Below are positions 19,356 to 29,668 of a stretch of 64,000 nucleotides of DNA, one piece after another (the first letter of the stretch is position 1; each line of letters opens with the position of its first letter). The position numbers and the translations under genes were made by a program. The notes under the pieces are model-generated. The model saw only the letters and a list, made by a program, of their open reading frames with translations, did not search any database and was not told where the DNA came from. The stretch is from Propionibacteriaceae bacterium (GTDB lineage Bacteria; Actinomycetota; Actinomycetes; Propionibacteriales; Propionibacteriaceae), in NCBI GenBank assembly GCA_035535155.1, contig DATLQP010000291.1, positions 10,019 to 74,018 on the forward strand, read 5' to 3'.

Positions 19356-21293
19356 TCAACTGGGTTCTGACATGTCGGCGCGAGTGGGCTGCTGGTCGAA
19401 AGGTTCCTCCGATCGCACGACGGCCTCGACCGCGTACCGGGCGATGTTCTGCGGCGTCAGCCCAGCTTCCTCCAATAACTCCGAGCGGCCGCCGTGGGGT
19501 ATGAACTCCTGCGGGAGGCCGAACTCCCGTATCGGTGTCTCAACTCTTGCAAAGCGCAACTGCTGCGCGAGCCGTGCGCCGTAACCGCCGACGACGCCGT
19601 TGTCCTCGATCGTGATCACCAGCTCATGATCGGCGGCGAGCGCAGTCAGTGCGGGATTGATTGGTAGTGCCCATACCGGGTCCAGAACCGTCACGCCGAT
19701 GCCCTGATCCGAGAGTCGCCGCCCGACTGCGACAGCTGTCTCGGCCAGCGGGCCGATGCCGACCACGAGCACCCTCGGCTGCTCAGTCCTCAGGAGTACG
19801 TCCATTCCATCCAGCTGATCAACCGCTGGTAGGTCGGCCGCAACGGAACCCTTGGGAAAGCGGATCACGCTGGGGCCATCGTCAATCGTCAGCGATTCGG
19901 CCAGCGCCGCGCGTAGCCGAGTGCCGTCGCGCGGTGCGGCCAGCTGCATGCCAGGCACCACCTGCAAGATCGACATATCCCACATGCCGTGATGGCTGGC
20001 TCCATCCGGCCCGGTGATACCGGCCCTGTCGAGCACGAAGGTGACTCCGCACCCGTGTAGCGCCACGTCCATCAGCACTTGATCAAAGGCGCGATTCACG
20101 AATGTCGAATACACCGCGACGACTGGGTGCAACCCACCCATCGCCAGACCGGCCGCCGACGTCACGGCGTGTTGCTCGGCGATGCCCACATCGAAGCAGC
20201 GATCCGGGAACGCCTGCGCAAAACGGTGCAGCCCCGTGGGATAGACCATGGCCGCGGTGATGGCGACCACGCGCTCATCGCTGCTACCCAACCGAAGCAG
20301 CTCGTCGGAGAACAGATTGGTCCACGTCTGTCGGTCCGCACCTCCCAGCGCCTCGCCGGTTGTCGCATTGATCTTGCCAACAGCGTGGAAGCGATCTTCC
20401 TCATGGTTCTCGGCGGCCTTGAAGCCGTTGCCCTTGCGGGTCGAGCAGTGCACCAGGACCGGCCCCCGGAACTGCTTGGCTTGCTGCAGGGCGCGTTCCA
20501 CCGCGAGGATGTCGTGGCCATCGATCGGCCCGATGTACTTCAGACCCAGGTCGGAAAACATGCCCTGCGGGGCGAGAACATCCTTCAGCCCGATCTTGAT
20601 GCCGTGCAGGATGTCATAAGCGACGTTGCCCAGCAGCGGCGCGCGGCTCACATTGCGCTTGACGAGGTCGAGAACTTGCTCGTAGCGGGGATTGGTACGC
20701 AGCCCGGTCAAGTATCGCGCCAGGCCGCCAACGGTGGGTGTGTAGGACCGGCCATTGTCGTTCACCACGATCACCAATGGCAGGTCCTCAGAGGCGGCGA
20801 TGTTGTTCAAGGCCTCCCATGCCATCCCGCCAGTGAGCGAGCCGTCGCCCACGAACGCCACAACGGTCCCGCCCTTGCCCTGCAACCGAATAGCCTTCGC
20901 CAGCCCGTCGGCGTAGGAGAGCGCGGGTGATGCGTGCGAGTTCGCCACCCAGTCGTGTTCGGACTCGCTGGGACTGGGATACCCCGAGAGTCCATGCCGC
21001 TGCCGCAGCGTAGGAAATTGATCTTGCCGGCCGGTCAAGATCTTGTGCACATAACTCTGGTGTCCGGTGTCGAAGATGATCGGATCTCGCGGCGACTCGA
21101 AAACGCGATGCAGCGCGAGTGTCAGCTCGATGACGCCTAGATTCGGTCCGAGGTGCCCCCCGGTCTGAGACACCTGCTCAATCAGAAACGAGCGGATCTC
21201 CAGGCTCAGCTCCTGGAGCTGATCTTCGGTCAAGTTCCGTAGGTCTTGTGGGCTATGGATCGAGCTCAACAGTCCGTACGGGGCGGCCGACAT
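19356..21293 (-). CDS. dxs: 1-deoxy-D-xylulose-5-phosphate synthase
   Basis: [36 protein letters not shown] motif, [20 protein letters not shown]. Confidence 0.97.
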   Translation of the reverse strand: MSAAPYGLLSSIHSPQDLRNLTEDQLQELSLEIRSFLIEQVSQTGGHLGPNLGVIELTLALHRVFESPRDPIIFDTGHQSYVHKILTGRQDQFPTLRQRHGLSGYPSPSESEHDWVANSHASPALSYADGLAKAIRLQGKGGTVVAFVGDGSLTGGMAWEALNNIAASEDLPLVIVVNDNGRSYTPTVGGLARYLTGLRTNPRYEQVLDLVKRNVSRAPLLGNVAYDILHGIKIGLKDVLAPQGMFSDLGLKYIGPIDGHDILAVERALQQAKQFRGPVLVHCSTRKGNGFKAAENHEEDRFHAVGKINATTGEALGGADRQTWTNLFSDELLRLGSSDERVVAITAAMVYPTGLHRFAQAFPDRCFDVGIAEQHAVTSAAGLAMGGLHPVVAVYSTFVNRAFDQVLMDVALHGCGVTFVLDRAGITGPDGASHHGMWDMSILQVVPGMQLAAPRDGTRLRAALAESLTIDDGPSVIRFPKGSVAADLPAVDQLDGMDVLLRTEQPRVLVVGIGPLAETAVAVGRRLSDQGIGVTVLDPVWALPINPALTALAADHELVITIEDNGVVGGYGARLAQQLRFARVETPIREFGLPQEFIPHGGRSELLEEAGLTPQNIARYAVEAVVRSEEPFDQQPTRADMSEPS

Positions 21294-21365
21294 GGGCTTG
21301 AGTTTACGTGTTCGGCCGCCGCGCGATGCCAAGTGTGGCCCAGCACACGTCGCGGGTTCGCCGCC

Positions 21366-21740
21366 TCAAAGCTTGCGAACGAAGACCCGGCCGCGCAGCG
21401 CCTCAGCCAACAGACTCACGGACCGGCGGGTCCGGGCCAGCCGGGCCCCTTGCTCCAGCCAGGCCTCGGTAGCAGCATCCACGACGTCAGGCTCGACGTA
21501 GTCGGACAGGCTCGTGCGCACCTCCGCCAGTGCTCGCTGCGACGCGTCGTGCTGGCCTTCGACGAAGTGACTGGCGAATTGTGCGAGCACCACAGGATGG
21601 TTGCGGAGCACACGATAGGCACGAAAGTCTGCTGGGCAGCAATCCAACAGATACGCGATAGCCGTCGCTTCCCAGCCTGATACTCCTGGCGGTCGCACCT
21701 CGCTCGGCCACCCGGGCGGGACGTAGGCGGCACTGGTCAC
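21366..21740 (-). CDS. Conserved actinobacterial hypothetical protein
   Basis: PPGWPSEVRPPG, LLDCCPADFR, HPVVLA, RGRVFVRKL resemble a widespread uncharacterised family; TACGCT 6 nt upstream of the GTG. Confidence 0.7.
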   Translation of the reverse strand: MTSAAYVPPGWPSEVRPPGVSGWEATAIAYLLDCCPADFRAYRVLRNHPVVLAQFASHFVEGQHDASQRALAEVRTSLSDYVEPDVVDAATEAWLEQGARLARTRRSVSLLAEALRGRVFVRKL

Positions 21741-21752
21741 ATGTGGAGCGTA

Positions 21753-22436
21753 TTAGAAATCTTGTTCGATAGCCAGCTTGAATGGCCGATTCCGGACCTG
21801 TGGCGGGATGGGATCGCCCTCGTTTGTTGTCGGGCACGGTATGGGTGGATCGAAGACCATGCGGACCGGCAGTACGCCGGCCCAGCGACCACCGGCGGCG
21901 ATGTCGTCGGCGTCATCGCTAGGCGGCCCGGTGCGAACCTTCACGCTGGCCTCGGCCAAGCTCAACGCGACCACTGCGGTAGCGGCAAGTTCCCGCTGAT
22001 TCGGTTGTCGCGTGTAGGTCCACGATCCTGGAGCGAGGTGTTCCACGATCGCCTCAAGTGCGGCCCACTTCTCATCAGGGTCCGTGACGTCACGAGCCAA
22101 ACCGTGCACGACTGCGCTGCGGTAGTTCATCGAATGGTGAAACACCGAGCGGGCATAAACGATCCCGTCGAGGTGTGTCACGGTCACGCAGACCGGCGCA
22201 CCGTCCACAACCCGCAGATATCCCGCCCCCGTCGAGCCATGGAGATAGATGGTGTCAGCGACACGCGCATATCCCGTGGGAACGACCACTGGCGAGCCGT
22301 CCCGCAGCAGTCCCAAATGGCAGATCAGGCCGGCGTCCAGCACGGCGTACAAGTCTGCGACGTCGGTGCGGGCCCGTTCACGGAGACGGGTCAGGGTGCT
22401 ACGGGGAGTACTGGACAGGCTCACACCTTCCAGCAT
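21753..22436 (-). CDS. Pyridoxamine 5'-phosphate oxidase-like (NimA-type) flavin-binding protein
   Basis: RLRERAR, LDAGLICHLG, IYLHGSTG, RSVFHHSMNYRSAVVHG, VKVRTGPP, WAGVLP; start uncertain. Confidence 0.85.
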   Translation of the reverse strand: MLEGVSLSSTPRSTLTRLRERARTDVADLYAVLDAGLICHLGLLRDGSPVVVPTGYARVADTIYLHGSTGAGYLRVVDGAPVCVTVTHLDGIVYARSVFHHSMNYRSAVVHGLARDVTDPDEKWAALEAIVEHLAPGSWTYTRQPNQRELAATAVVALSLAEASVKVRTGPPSDDADDIAAGGRWAGVLPVRMVFDPPIPCPTTNEGDPIPPQVRNRPFKLAIEQDF

Positions 22437-22504
22437 GCAGGAGTGAGACCTGACAGCGAACCCAATTACTGCCTGCACAGCTCGCGGACACTAATCTCGT
22501 GCCG

Positions 22505-22918
22505 GTGAGCGATGTGATTTGCCAGATCGTCAGCGGGAAGCTCGACGCGGCGGTTGTAACGCGGAACGAGCACGTCATCGCCTTCCTCGATCACCGGCCG
22601 GTGTTCAAAGGTCATGTCCTGGTAGCTCCGGTTCGCCATGTCGAGACGCTCCTGGACCTGCCGGAGAGCCTCATACCGCCTCTCATGATCGGCGTGCAAC
22701 GGGTCGCCCGCGCCGTGCTCGACGCTCTCGGAGCACAGGGAACATTCGTCGCCATCAACAACGTCGTCAGCCAGTCCATCCCCCACCTCCATGTGCATGT
22801 AGTGCCGAGAACCAAGGGCGATGGCCTACGCGGCTTCTTCTGGCCTCGAACTCACTACGGATCGGGGGAGATCGACGAGTACGCGGCCAAGATCAAGAAC
22901 GCGATCGAGATCGGCTGA
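22505..22918 (+). CDS. HIT family hydrolase
   Basis: AFLDHRPVFKGHVLV and PHLHVHVVPR histidine triad; TAATCT 7 nt before GTG 22505. Confidence 0.92.
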   Translation: MSDVICQIVSGKLDAAVVTRNEHVIAFLDHRPVFKGHVLVAPVRHVETLLDLPESLIPPLMIGVQRVARAVLDALGAQGTFVAINNVVSQSIPHLHVHVVPRTKGDGLRGFFWPRTHYGSGEIDEYAAKIKNAIEIG

Positions 22919-23051
22919 CCGCGCGACTATCATCACCGGGCTGGACTCGACCCTGGTGGAACTACTCCCGCGCTACCAGAAGTGATGGGACTTGGGGGAA
23001 AGCGACATGTGGCTTTGGGTGAACGATCCCATCGTGACCGCGCTCGAATGA
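22917..23051 (+). pseudogene. Probable gene remnant with an in-frame TGA
   Basis: Reads DRATIITGLDSTLVELLPRYQK*WDLGESDMWLWVNDPIVTALE*; 36 of 43 sense codons end in G/C; no credible start. Confidence 0.35.
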
Positions 23052-23124
23052 CGCCCCGTTCTCGCCAAGATCACGAAGGATCGGGACGCCGGCGGCCGTC
23101 GCATCACAGCTGCGTGCACAAGCC

Positions 23125-23742
23125 TCACCCAGCCCGCAGGGCCCGACCCCGGTACAGGTAGCTGAAGGGCCGCGGGCCGTCGCCGTATCCCGTTTCCAAG
23201 TCGCCGATCATCAGCCCGGAGCGAGTGATCAACTCCTCGATCGGCCGGTCCAGATGGCAACCGCCCGCGATGCGGCTGTGGAGCGGATGGAGCCGATGCT
23301 GCCAACGGCGGACGGACTCCGTAGGAGCCCTGCCGTGCTCCAGGAAATGCAACGCACCGTCCGGCTTGAGCACGCGATGGACCTCTTGAAGTGCCGCATC
23401 CACATCGGCAATCGTGCACAACGTGTACGTCGACAACACACAATCCACCGAGCCGTCGGGCAGATCGAGCCGGGCACCGTCAAGGCCGACATGATCGACT
23501 GGCGCGGATACTGCTGCCTTACGCGGTTCCGCAAGCCGTAGCGCAGAGGTCGAGGGCTCGACGACAAGGATTTCGCTCACCCCTGCCGGGTAGTGACTAA
23601 GGTTGAGGCCGGTTCCGAAGCCGATCTCCAGGACGCGGCCGTGCAATCCCCGACATACCTTGACACGCCGCGCATTCACCTCCGGCGTACGCAGCACCCG
23701 ATCCATCAGATGCGGTAACGCATGGTCGGTCCATAGGCCCAC
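23125..23742 (-). CDS. Class I SAM-dependent methyltransferase
   Basis: VLEIGFGTG motif I, SVDCVLSTYTLC, VLKPDG, FLEHG, GGCHLDR. Confidence 0.9.
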   Translation of the reverse strand: MGLWTDHALPHLMDRVLRTPEVNARRVKVCRGLHGRVLEIGFGTGLNLSHYPAGVSEILVVEPSTSALRLAEPRKAAVSAPVDHVGLDGARLDLPDGSVDCVLSTYTLCTIADVDAALQEVHRVLKPDGALHFLEHGRAPTESVRRWQHRLHPLHSRIAGGCHLDRPIEELITRSGLMIGDLETGYGDGPRPFSYLYRGRALRAG

Positions 23743-23766
23743 GGATCCAGGCTAGTGTCGCGCTGA

Positions 23767-24576
23767 TCAGACGCCGAAAGCGTCCTCCAGCATCGCGGTC
23801 AGCGCGTGGAACTCCAGCTGCCGCTGCGGAAACCCGCAATCAGGTCCCTCGACGGCGGGCTCCGTGTCGACATGCAACCGGTAGTCTGCCTGCGAAGTAC
23901 AGGGTGCGACAGGCTTTTCGATCACGCGCGCCACGAGCAGGCGTACGGTGTCGCGTTGCTGTACCGACAACGAGTGCCACTCAGACGTACGGCCGGAAAT
24001 CATGATCATGGCGCGTCCGGCGGCGTCGACCTTGATCGCATAAGCCGGTCGATCTTGGAACTGGGTACGCTGCAGCGACATCGGCAACAGCCGCGGCTCA
24101 GCTGTGTCGGCCGGTCCGTCGAAGTTGCCCCGCAGCGCCGGAGCGACCATGCTCGTGATCTCGTCGAACGCCGGCGTGGGCTCAGATTTCTCGCGACATG
24201 GATCACTACGGCTCATCGACAGACTCCCCATGGTCACCTCAGTCGTGATCTGGTCGGCGCAGACGGGCACGGGCGCTCGCTTCTTTCGCTCCGCGTCTCT
24301 TGCCACTTCCTGCCGGAACTGATCCGACGTCAGCAGGGTCCGAAGCCGGCCCAGCGTTTGATTGCTTAGCCGGCCGGCAGCGGGCTGCGGAGAAACCAGC
24401 AGAGCAACTCCGTCCGCACGGACATACAAGATGTTCTGACGGCCGTCGATGCCACCGAACTCCCCCACAACAAAGTCGCCAAATGGCTCGGACGGTACGG
24501 CCAGCGGACCGATCAGCGAGCAACCCGTGAGAACCAGCAGGGCGGCCGCCCCGATTATCGCGAGCGCCCGCCGCAT
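23767..24576 (-). CDS. Lipoprotein with two related small domains
   Basis: MRR + hydrophobic stretch + lipobox LTGC; two similar modules each containing a cysteine pair. Confidence 0.75.
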   Translation of the reverse strand: MRRALAIIGAAALLVLTGCSLIGPLAVPSEPFGDFVVGEFGGIDGRQNILYVRADGVALLVSPQPAAGRLSNQTLGRLRTLLTSDQFRQEVARDAERKKRAPVPVCADQITTEVTMGSLSMSRSDPCREKSEPTPAFDEITSMVAPALRGNFDGPADTAEPRLLPMSLQRTQFQDRPAYAIKVDAAGRAMIMISGRTSEWHSLSVQQRDTVRLLVARVIEKPVAPCTSQADYRLHVDTEPAVEGPDCGFPQRQLEFHALTAMLEDAFGV

Positions 24577-24580
24577 CGCC

Positions 24581-27382
24581 TTACTTCTTGATCAACGAAC
24601 GCAGCACGAACTGCATGATTCCACCGTTGCGGTAGTAGTCGGCCTCACCCGGAGTGTCGATGCGCACCGGTGCGTCGAAGCTCACATCACCGGCGTTGAC
24701 CTTGACCGTCTTCGGGATCCGGTCTTCGTTCAGCCCGGTGATCCCGACGATGTCGAAGGTCTCCTCGCCGGTCAGACCTAGAGAGCTGAGACTTTCGCCC
24801 TCGGGGAACTGCAGCGGCAGCACGCCCATGCCGATCAGGTTGGATCGGTGAATTCGCTCGTACGACTCGGCGATGACAGCTTTCACGCCGAGCAAGGCCG
24901 TGCCCTTCGCCGCCCAGTCACGTGAGGAGCCCGAGCCGTACTCCTTGCCGGCAAGGATCACCAGCGGGGTGTCTGCGGCGAGGTAGTGCTCGGACGCTTC
25001 GTAGACGGTTGTGATTGGCTCGTCCGACGCCGTGAAGTCCTTGGTGAATCCGCCCTCGGTATCCGGTGCGAGCTGATTGCGGAGCCGAATGTTAGCGAAG
25101 GTTCCCCTGATCATGACCTCGTGATTGCCCCGCCGCGACCCATAGGAATTGAAATCCCGGCGCTCCACGCCATGGTCGGACAGGTACCGCCCCGCCGGCG
25201 AGTCCGGCTTGATCGAGCCAGCCGGAGAAATGTGATCGGTGGTGATCGAATCACCCAGTTTGAGCAAGACCCGCGCTCCCGCAATGTCAGTAACCGGTGC
25301 CGGCTCGGCAGGCATGCCATCGAAGTAGGGCGCCTTGCGGACGTAGGTCGAGTCGGGATCCCAGGCGAAGATCTCGCCCTCCGGCGTCGGCAGGGACTGC
25401 CATTGCTCGTCACCTGCGAACACATCCGCGTACGACTCGGTGAACATCTCGGCCCCGATGGCCGCGGAGATGATCTCATCAATCTCTGCCTCGGTCGGCC
25501 AGATGTCGGCGAGGTATACCTCGTTGCCTCGCCCGTCGGTGCCGAGCGAGTCGTTCATCAGGTCGATGTCCATGGTGCCGGCCAGCGCGTATGCCACTAC
25601 CAGCGGCGGCGACGCCAGGTAGTTCATCTTGACGTCCGGGTTGATCCTGCCCTCGAAGTTCCGGTTGCCCGACAGCACCGAGACCACAGCAAGATCATGT
25701 TCCTGGACGGCAGCACTGACCTCCGGGATGAGAGGCCCGGAGTTGCCGATACAGGTCGTGCAGCCGTAACCGACCAGGTTGAAACCGAGCTTGTCCAGGT
25801 AGGGCGTCAGACCGGAGCGGTCGTAATAGTCGCTGACCACCTTGGACCCCGGCGCGAGGGTCGTCTTGACCCAGGGCTTGCGATTCAGCCCCCGCTCGAC
25901 CGCCTTCTTGGCGACCAGCGCGGCTCCGATCATCACGGTGGGGTTGGAGGTATTCGTGCACGACGTGATCGCTGCGATCACCACCGCACCGTGGTCGAGC
26001 TCGAATGAGGTACCTTCGCTCAGCGTCACGGCCACGTTCTTGCTCGGCCGGTCGATATCGGCGGCCTCTTCGCCGTATTCGTGCGGCGCAGTTGACTCGT
26101 TGCCACCCCCGCGACTCGGCGAATCAGATGCCGGGAACGATTCATCCACCGACTCGTCGTAGCCGGTCAGCTCTTCGGGAGAAACGTAATCGCGAAGCGC
26201 TTCGCGAAATCCCTGCTTCGCGTGAGCGACCAGTACCCGATCCTGGGGACGCTTGGGTCCCGCGATGCTGGGCACGACGGTGTCCAGGTCAAGCTCCAGA
26301 TACTCCGAATACCTCGGTTCGCTGTCGTCGCTGTGCCACAGCCCCTGCGTTTTCGCGTAGGTCTCCACGAGCGCGATCTGCTGCTCGCTGCGACCAGTCA
26401 GTTTGAGGTACTCCGTCGTCTTGCCGTCGATCGGAAAGATCGCGATGGTCGAGCCGTACTCCGGACTCATGTTGCCGATCGTTGCCCGGTTCGCCACCGG
26501 CACGTGGGAGACGCCGGGACCGTAGAACTCGACGAACTTGCCCACTACCTTGTGCTGCCGCAGCATCTCGGTGATCGTCAGCACCAGATCAGTTGCGGTC
26601 GTCCCCTCGCGCAACGCACCTGAGAGCTTGAAGCCAACGACCCGAGGAATGAGCATCGAGACCGGCTGGCCGAGCATCGCTGCTTCGGCCTCGATCCCGC
26701 CCACTCCCCAGCCGACCACGCCAAGTCCATTGACCATCGTGGTGTGGGAGTCGGTGCCGACGCACGTGTCCGGATAGGCGTACACCTCGGCCTTGCCGTC
26801 GGCCTCGACCTCCCGGGAGAAGATCACCCGCGCCAGATGCTCGATATTGACCTGATGCACGATGCCAGTGCCGGGTGGCACCACTTTGAAATCGTCGAAT
26901 GCAGTCTGACCCCAGCGCAAGAACTGATAGCGCTCGTGGTTCCGGCTGTATTCGATCTCGACGTTCTTGACAAAGGCGTCCGCTGTGCCGAACACGTCCG
27001 CGATCACCGAGTGATCGATCACCATCTCGGCCGGCGCGAGCGGGTTGATCTTGGAAGGGTCGCCGTCCATCTCTGCCATCGCTTCACGCATCGTCGCCAG
27101 ATCGACCACACACGGCACACCCGTGAAGTCCTGCATGATCACTCGCGCGGGCGTGAACTGGATCTCTTCGCTCGGTTCGGCGTTCGGATCCCAGCCGGCC
27201 AGCGCGCGGATGTCGTCGGCAGTGATGTTGGCGCCGTCCTCGGTGCGCAGCAGATTCTCCAGCAAGATCTTGAGGCTGTACGGCAGCGAGTCCGACCCGT
27301 CGACGGCGTCGAGCCGGAAGATCTGGTAGGACTCCTCCCCCACCTGGAGGGTTGTCTTTGCGCCGAAGCTGTTCACACTCAT
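24581..27382 (-). CDS. acnA: Aconitate hydratase A
   Basis: [42 protein letters not shown] Fe-S cysteines, [17 protein letters not shown]. Confidence 0.98.
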   Translation of the reverse strand: MSVNSFGAKTTLQVGEESYQIFRLDAVDGSDSLPYSLKILLENLLRTEDGANITADDIRALAGWDPNAEPSEEIQFTPARVIMQDFTGVPCVVDLATMREAMAEMDGDPSKINPLAPAEMVIDHSVIADVFGTADAFVKNVEIEYSRNHERYQFLRWGQTAFDDFKVVPPGTGIVHQVNIEHLARVIFSREVEADGKAEVYAYPDTCVGTDSHTTMVNGLGVVGWGVGGIEAEAAMLGQPVSMLIPRVVGFKLSGALREGTTATDLVLTITEMLRQHKVVGKFVEFYGPGVSHVPVANRATIGNMSPEYGSTIAIFPIDGKTTEYLKLTGRSEQQIALVETYAKTQGLWHSDDSEPRYSEYLELDLDTVVPSIAGPKRPQDRVLVAHAKQGFREALRDYVSPEELTGYDESVDESFPASDSPSRGGGNESTAPHEYGEEAADIDRPSKNVAVTLSEGTSFELDHGAVVIAAITSCTNTSNPTVMIGAALVAKKAVERGLNRKPWVKTTLAPGSKVVSDYYDRSGLTPYLDKLGFNLVGYGCTTCIGNSGPLIPEVSAAVQEHDLAVVSVLSGNRNFEGRINPDVKMNYLASPPLVVAYALAGTMDIDLMNDSLGTDGRGNEVYLADIWPTEAEIDEIISAAIGAEMFTESYADVFAGDEQWQSLPTPEGEIFAWDPDSTYVRKAPYFDGMPAEPAPVTDIAGARVLLKLGDSITTDHISPAGSIKPDSPAGRYLSDHGVERRDFNSYGSRRGNHEVMIRGTFANIRLRNQLAPDTEGGFTKDFTASDEPITTVYEASEHYLAADTPLVILAGKEYGSGSSRDWAAKGTALLGVKAVIAESYERIHRSNLIGMGVLPLQFPEGESLSSLGLTGEETFDIVGITGLNEDRIPKTVKVNAGDVSFDAPVRIDTPGEADYYRNGGIMQFVLRSLIKK

Positions 27383-27407
27383 GAGCCCTCCATCAGCCAT
27401 TACCAAA

Positions 27408-27427
27408 TTATCTTGACGTCAAGATAA
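27408..27427. promoter_or_regulatory. Perfect 20-bp palindromic operator upstream of acnA (TamR-like)
   Basis: TTATCTTGAC|GTCAAGATAA, 25 nt upstream of the acnA ATG; the factor assignment is from memory. Confidence 0.75.
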
Positions 27428-27560
27428 CACGGTCCTTTTTTGGGCGCGGCTCGCGCATCGCGCTTGGAATCCGCCTACTTCGTCGTCGCTGGCAGAGCAA
27501 AGGACGCATCTGCTCCCTCCTCGCACATTTGCTAGCTCCGCTCGCTGAGGCTGGCGCTCA

Positions 27561-29567
27561 TTAGCCGGTGTACAGGTGGCGGCGGGCGTTTTCCTGAGCT
27601 GTCTCGCGCTCGATCCGTTGTTCCGCCTTGGTGGAGGAGGCGAGGTGGAAAGGCACAGACGTCACCATGACTCCCGGAGTGAAGAGCAGCCGGCCCTTGA
27701 GGCGTAATGCGCTTTGGTTGTGCAGGATCTGCTCCCACCAGTGGCCGACCACGTACTCCGGGATATACACCGTCACCACGTCCCGCGGGCTCTCTCGGCG
27801 AAGGTTCTTGACGTAATCGATGATCGGATTGGTCACTTCCCGGTAGGGCGAGGCAATGACCTTGAGCGGGACCCCGGTGTCGGCCTCCTCCCAGACCTTG
27901 ACCAGGCGCGCCGTCTCATCGGTATCAACCGAGACCGTGAGCGCTTCCAGGGTGCTCGGCCGGGCGGCCTTGGCAAACGCGATCGCCCGCAGCGTTGGTT
28001 TGTGCAGCTTGCTGACCAGCACCACGGCTCGTACTCGGCTCGGCAGCGTCAGATCCTCACCCTCGACAAGCGCGGTCTCCTGATTCACGGCTTCGTAGTG
28101 CCGCCTGATCAACTTCATCAAGACGAAGATCACCGCCATCGCGATGATCGCGATATAGGCGCCCTTGGTGAACTTGGAGATCAACACGATGACCAGCACC
28201 GTTGCCGTCATCGTCAGACCAATGGCGTTGATCACGCGGGAACGGATCATTCGGCCACGGACCGCCGGATCCTTCTCGATTCTGAGGTGCCGGGTCCAAT
28301 GGCGCAACATGCCCAGCTGGCTAATTGTGAACGAGACGAAGACACCAACGACATAAAGCTGGATCAATGCAGTGACGTCAGCTTTGAACGCAATGATCAA
28401 CACAACGGCGAGAAAGGCCAGCACCACGATTCCGTTGCTGTACGCCAGCCGGTCGCCCCGGGTGTGCAACTGGCGCGGAAGATAGCCATCTCGGGCCAAG
28501 ATCGATCCCAAAACCGGGAAGCCGTTGAAAGCGGTGTTCGCAGCCAAGAACAAGATCAACATTGTGGCGGCGACTGTGAAGTAGAAGGCGGGCTTGAAGT
28601 CAGCGAAGACCGCCTGCGAGAGCTGGCCGATGGCTGTCTGCTCGACGACCTCGACTCGCTGACCGTTGAGCGTGTAGTGCGACCGGCCCTGGTCGATCAG
28701 CTTGAGTCCTGTCAGGTTGGCCAGCATGACAACGCCGAGCAGCATCGACACCGCGATGACGCCGAGCCACAACAAGGTCGTTGCTGCGTTCTTGCTCTTG
28801 GGCTTGCGAAATGCCGGAACTCCGTTGGAGATCGCCTCCACGCCGGTCAGCGCGGCGCATCCCGAAGAGAAGGTGCGGGCCAGCAAAGCGATCATCGCAA
28901 AGCCGGCGAAGGCGGCGTAGCTCGGATCCGGCTCGATACCGTACTGAGCGCTGTCCACCTGGATCTGGTCGCCGAGCACCAGGATCCGAAACAGGCCGAA
29001 AATCACCATGCTCAAGATGGCAAACATGAAGCAGTAGGTAGGAATGGCGAACAAGGTGCCCGACTCTCGTACGCCCCGCAGATTGAGTGCCATCAATACG
29101 ACGGTGACCGTGGCAGCTACCCACGGCTCGTGCCCGTCGATGATCGGAAAGGCCGACTTGGCATTCTGCACCCCGGAGGATATGGAGACTGCGACGGTCA
29201 GGACATAGTCCACCAGGAGCGCCGAAGCGACGGTGATGCCCGCGTTACCGCCCAGGTTGACGGTGGCGACCTCGTAGTCGCCGCCGCCTGACGGATAGGC
29301 ATGCACGTTCTGCCGATAGGACGCGACGACCACCAGCATCACGATGGCAACCAGGATGGCGATCTTCCAGGAGTAGGAATAAGCCACCAGCCCTGCCAGC
29401 GACAAGGTCAAGAAGATCTCGTCGGGCGCGTACGCGACCGAGGACAAAGCGTCTGAGGCGAAGACCGGCAGAGCGATGCGCTTGGAGAGCAGCGTCTCGG
29501 AGAGCTGGGTGCTGCGAAGCTTCCGGCCCAACAGCAGCCGCTTGCCAATGTCGGCCACATTCACCAC
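27561..29567 (-). CDS. APC-fold permease, KimA/YdaO-like K+/H+ symporter
   Basis: FASDALSSVAY, TGVEAISNG, ANTAFNGFP, C-terminal IPEYVVGHWWEQILHNQSALRLK cytosolic domain as in KimA-type proteins. Confidence 0.85.
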   Translation of the reverse strand: MVNVADIGKRLLLGRKLRSTQLSETLLSKRIALPVFASDALSSVAYAPDEIFLTLSLAGLVAYSYSWKIAILVAIVMLVVVASYRQNVHAYPSGGGDYEVATVNLGGNAGITVASALLVDYVLTVAVSISSGVQNAKSAFPIIDGHEPWVAATVTVVLMALNLRGVRESGTLFAIPTYCFMFAILSMVIFGLFRILVLGDQIQVDSAQYGIEPDPSYAAFAGFAMIALLARTFSSGCAALTGVEAISNGVPAFRKPKSKNAATTLLWLGVIAVSMLLGVVMLANLTGLKLIDQGRSHYTLNGQRVEVVEQTAIGQLSQAVFADFKPAFYFTVAATMLILFLAANTAFNGFPVLGSILARDGYLPRQLHTRGDRLAYSNGIVVLAFLAVVLIIAFKADVTALIQLYVVGVFVSFTISQLGMLRHWTRHLRIEKDPAVRGRMIRSRVINAIGLTMTATVLVIVLISKFTKGAYIAIIAMAVIFVLMKLIRRHYEAVNQETALVEGEDLTLPSRVRAVVLVSKLHKPTLRAIAFAKAARPSTLEALTVSVDTDETARLVKVWEEADTGVPLKVIASPYREVTNPIIDYVKNLRRESPRDVVTVYIPEYVVGHWWEQILHNQSALRLKGRLLFTPGVMVTSVPFHLASSTKAEQRIERETAQENARRHLYTG

Positions 29568-29668
29568 ATTGCAACCCTAGTGGAGCTATCGCGATCAACC
29601 ACCGATCAGCCGTGACCATTGGTGACCAGCGTCACAGGTTTCGCAGCGGGGTTCACTAGACTCAGTAC

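Noticed and set aside
22983-22985. Selenocysteine recoding of the in-frame TGA
   Set aside because: No SECIS-like hairpin immediately downstream, no redox motif and no start codon; a nonsense mutation in a relic is simpler.
24986-26008. 340-aa ORF antisense to acnA, and similar long shadows at 6241-7185, 20079-20930, 42534-43361, 49743-50792 and 51252-52094
   Set aside because: All lie fully within convincingly identified genes on the other strand and have Arg/Gly/His-rich non-protein-like composition.
27714-29291. 525-aa plus-strand ORF opposite the KimA-like permease
   Set aside because: Antisense shadow of a well-supported gene; high-GC codon bias suppresses stops on the opposite strand and no motifs are recognisable.
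29568-29668. c-di-AMP (ydaO) riboswitch upstream of the KimA-like gene
   Set aside because: The gap is only 101 nt, holds two leaderless promoters, and shows no recognisable aptamer.
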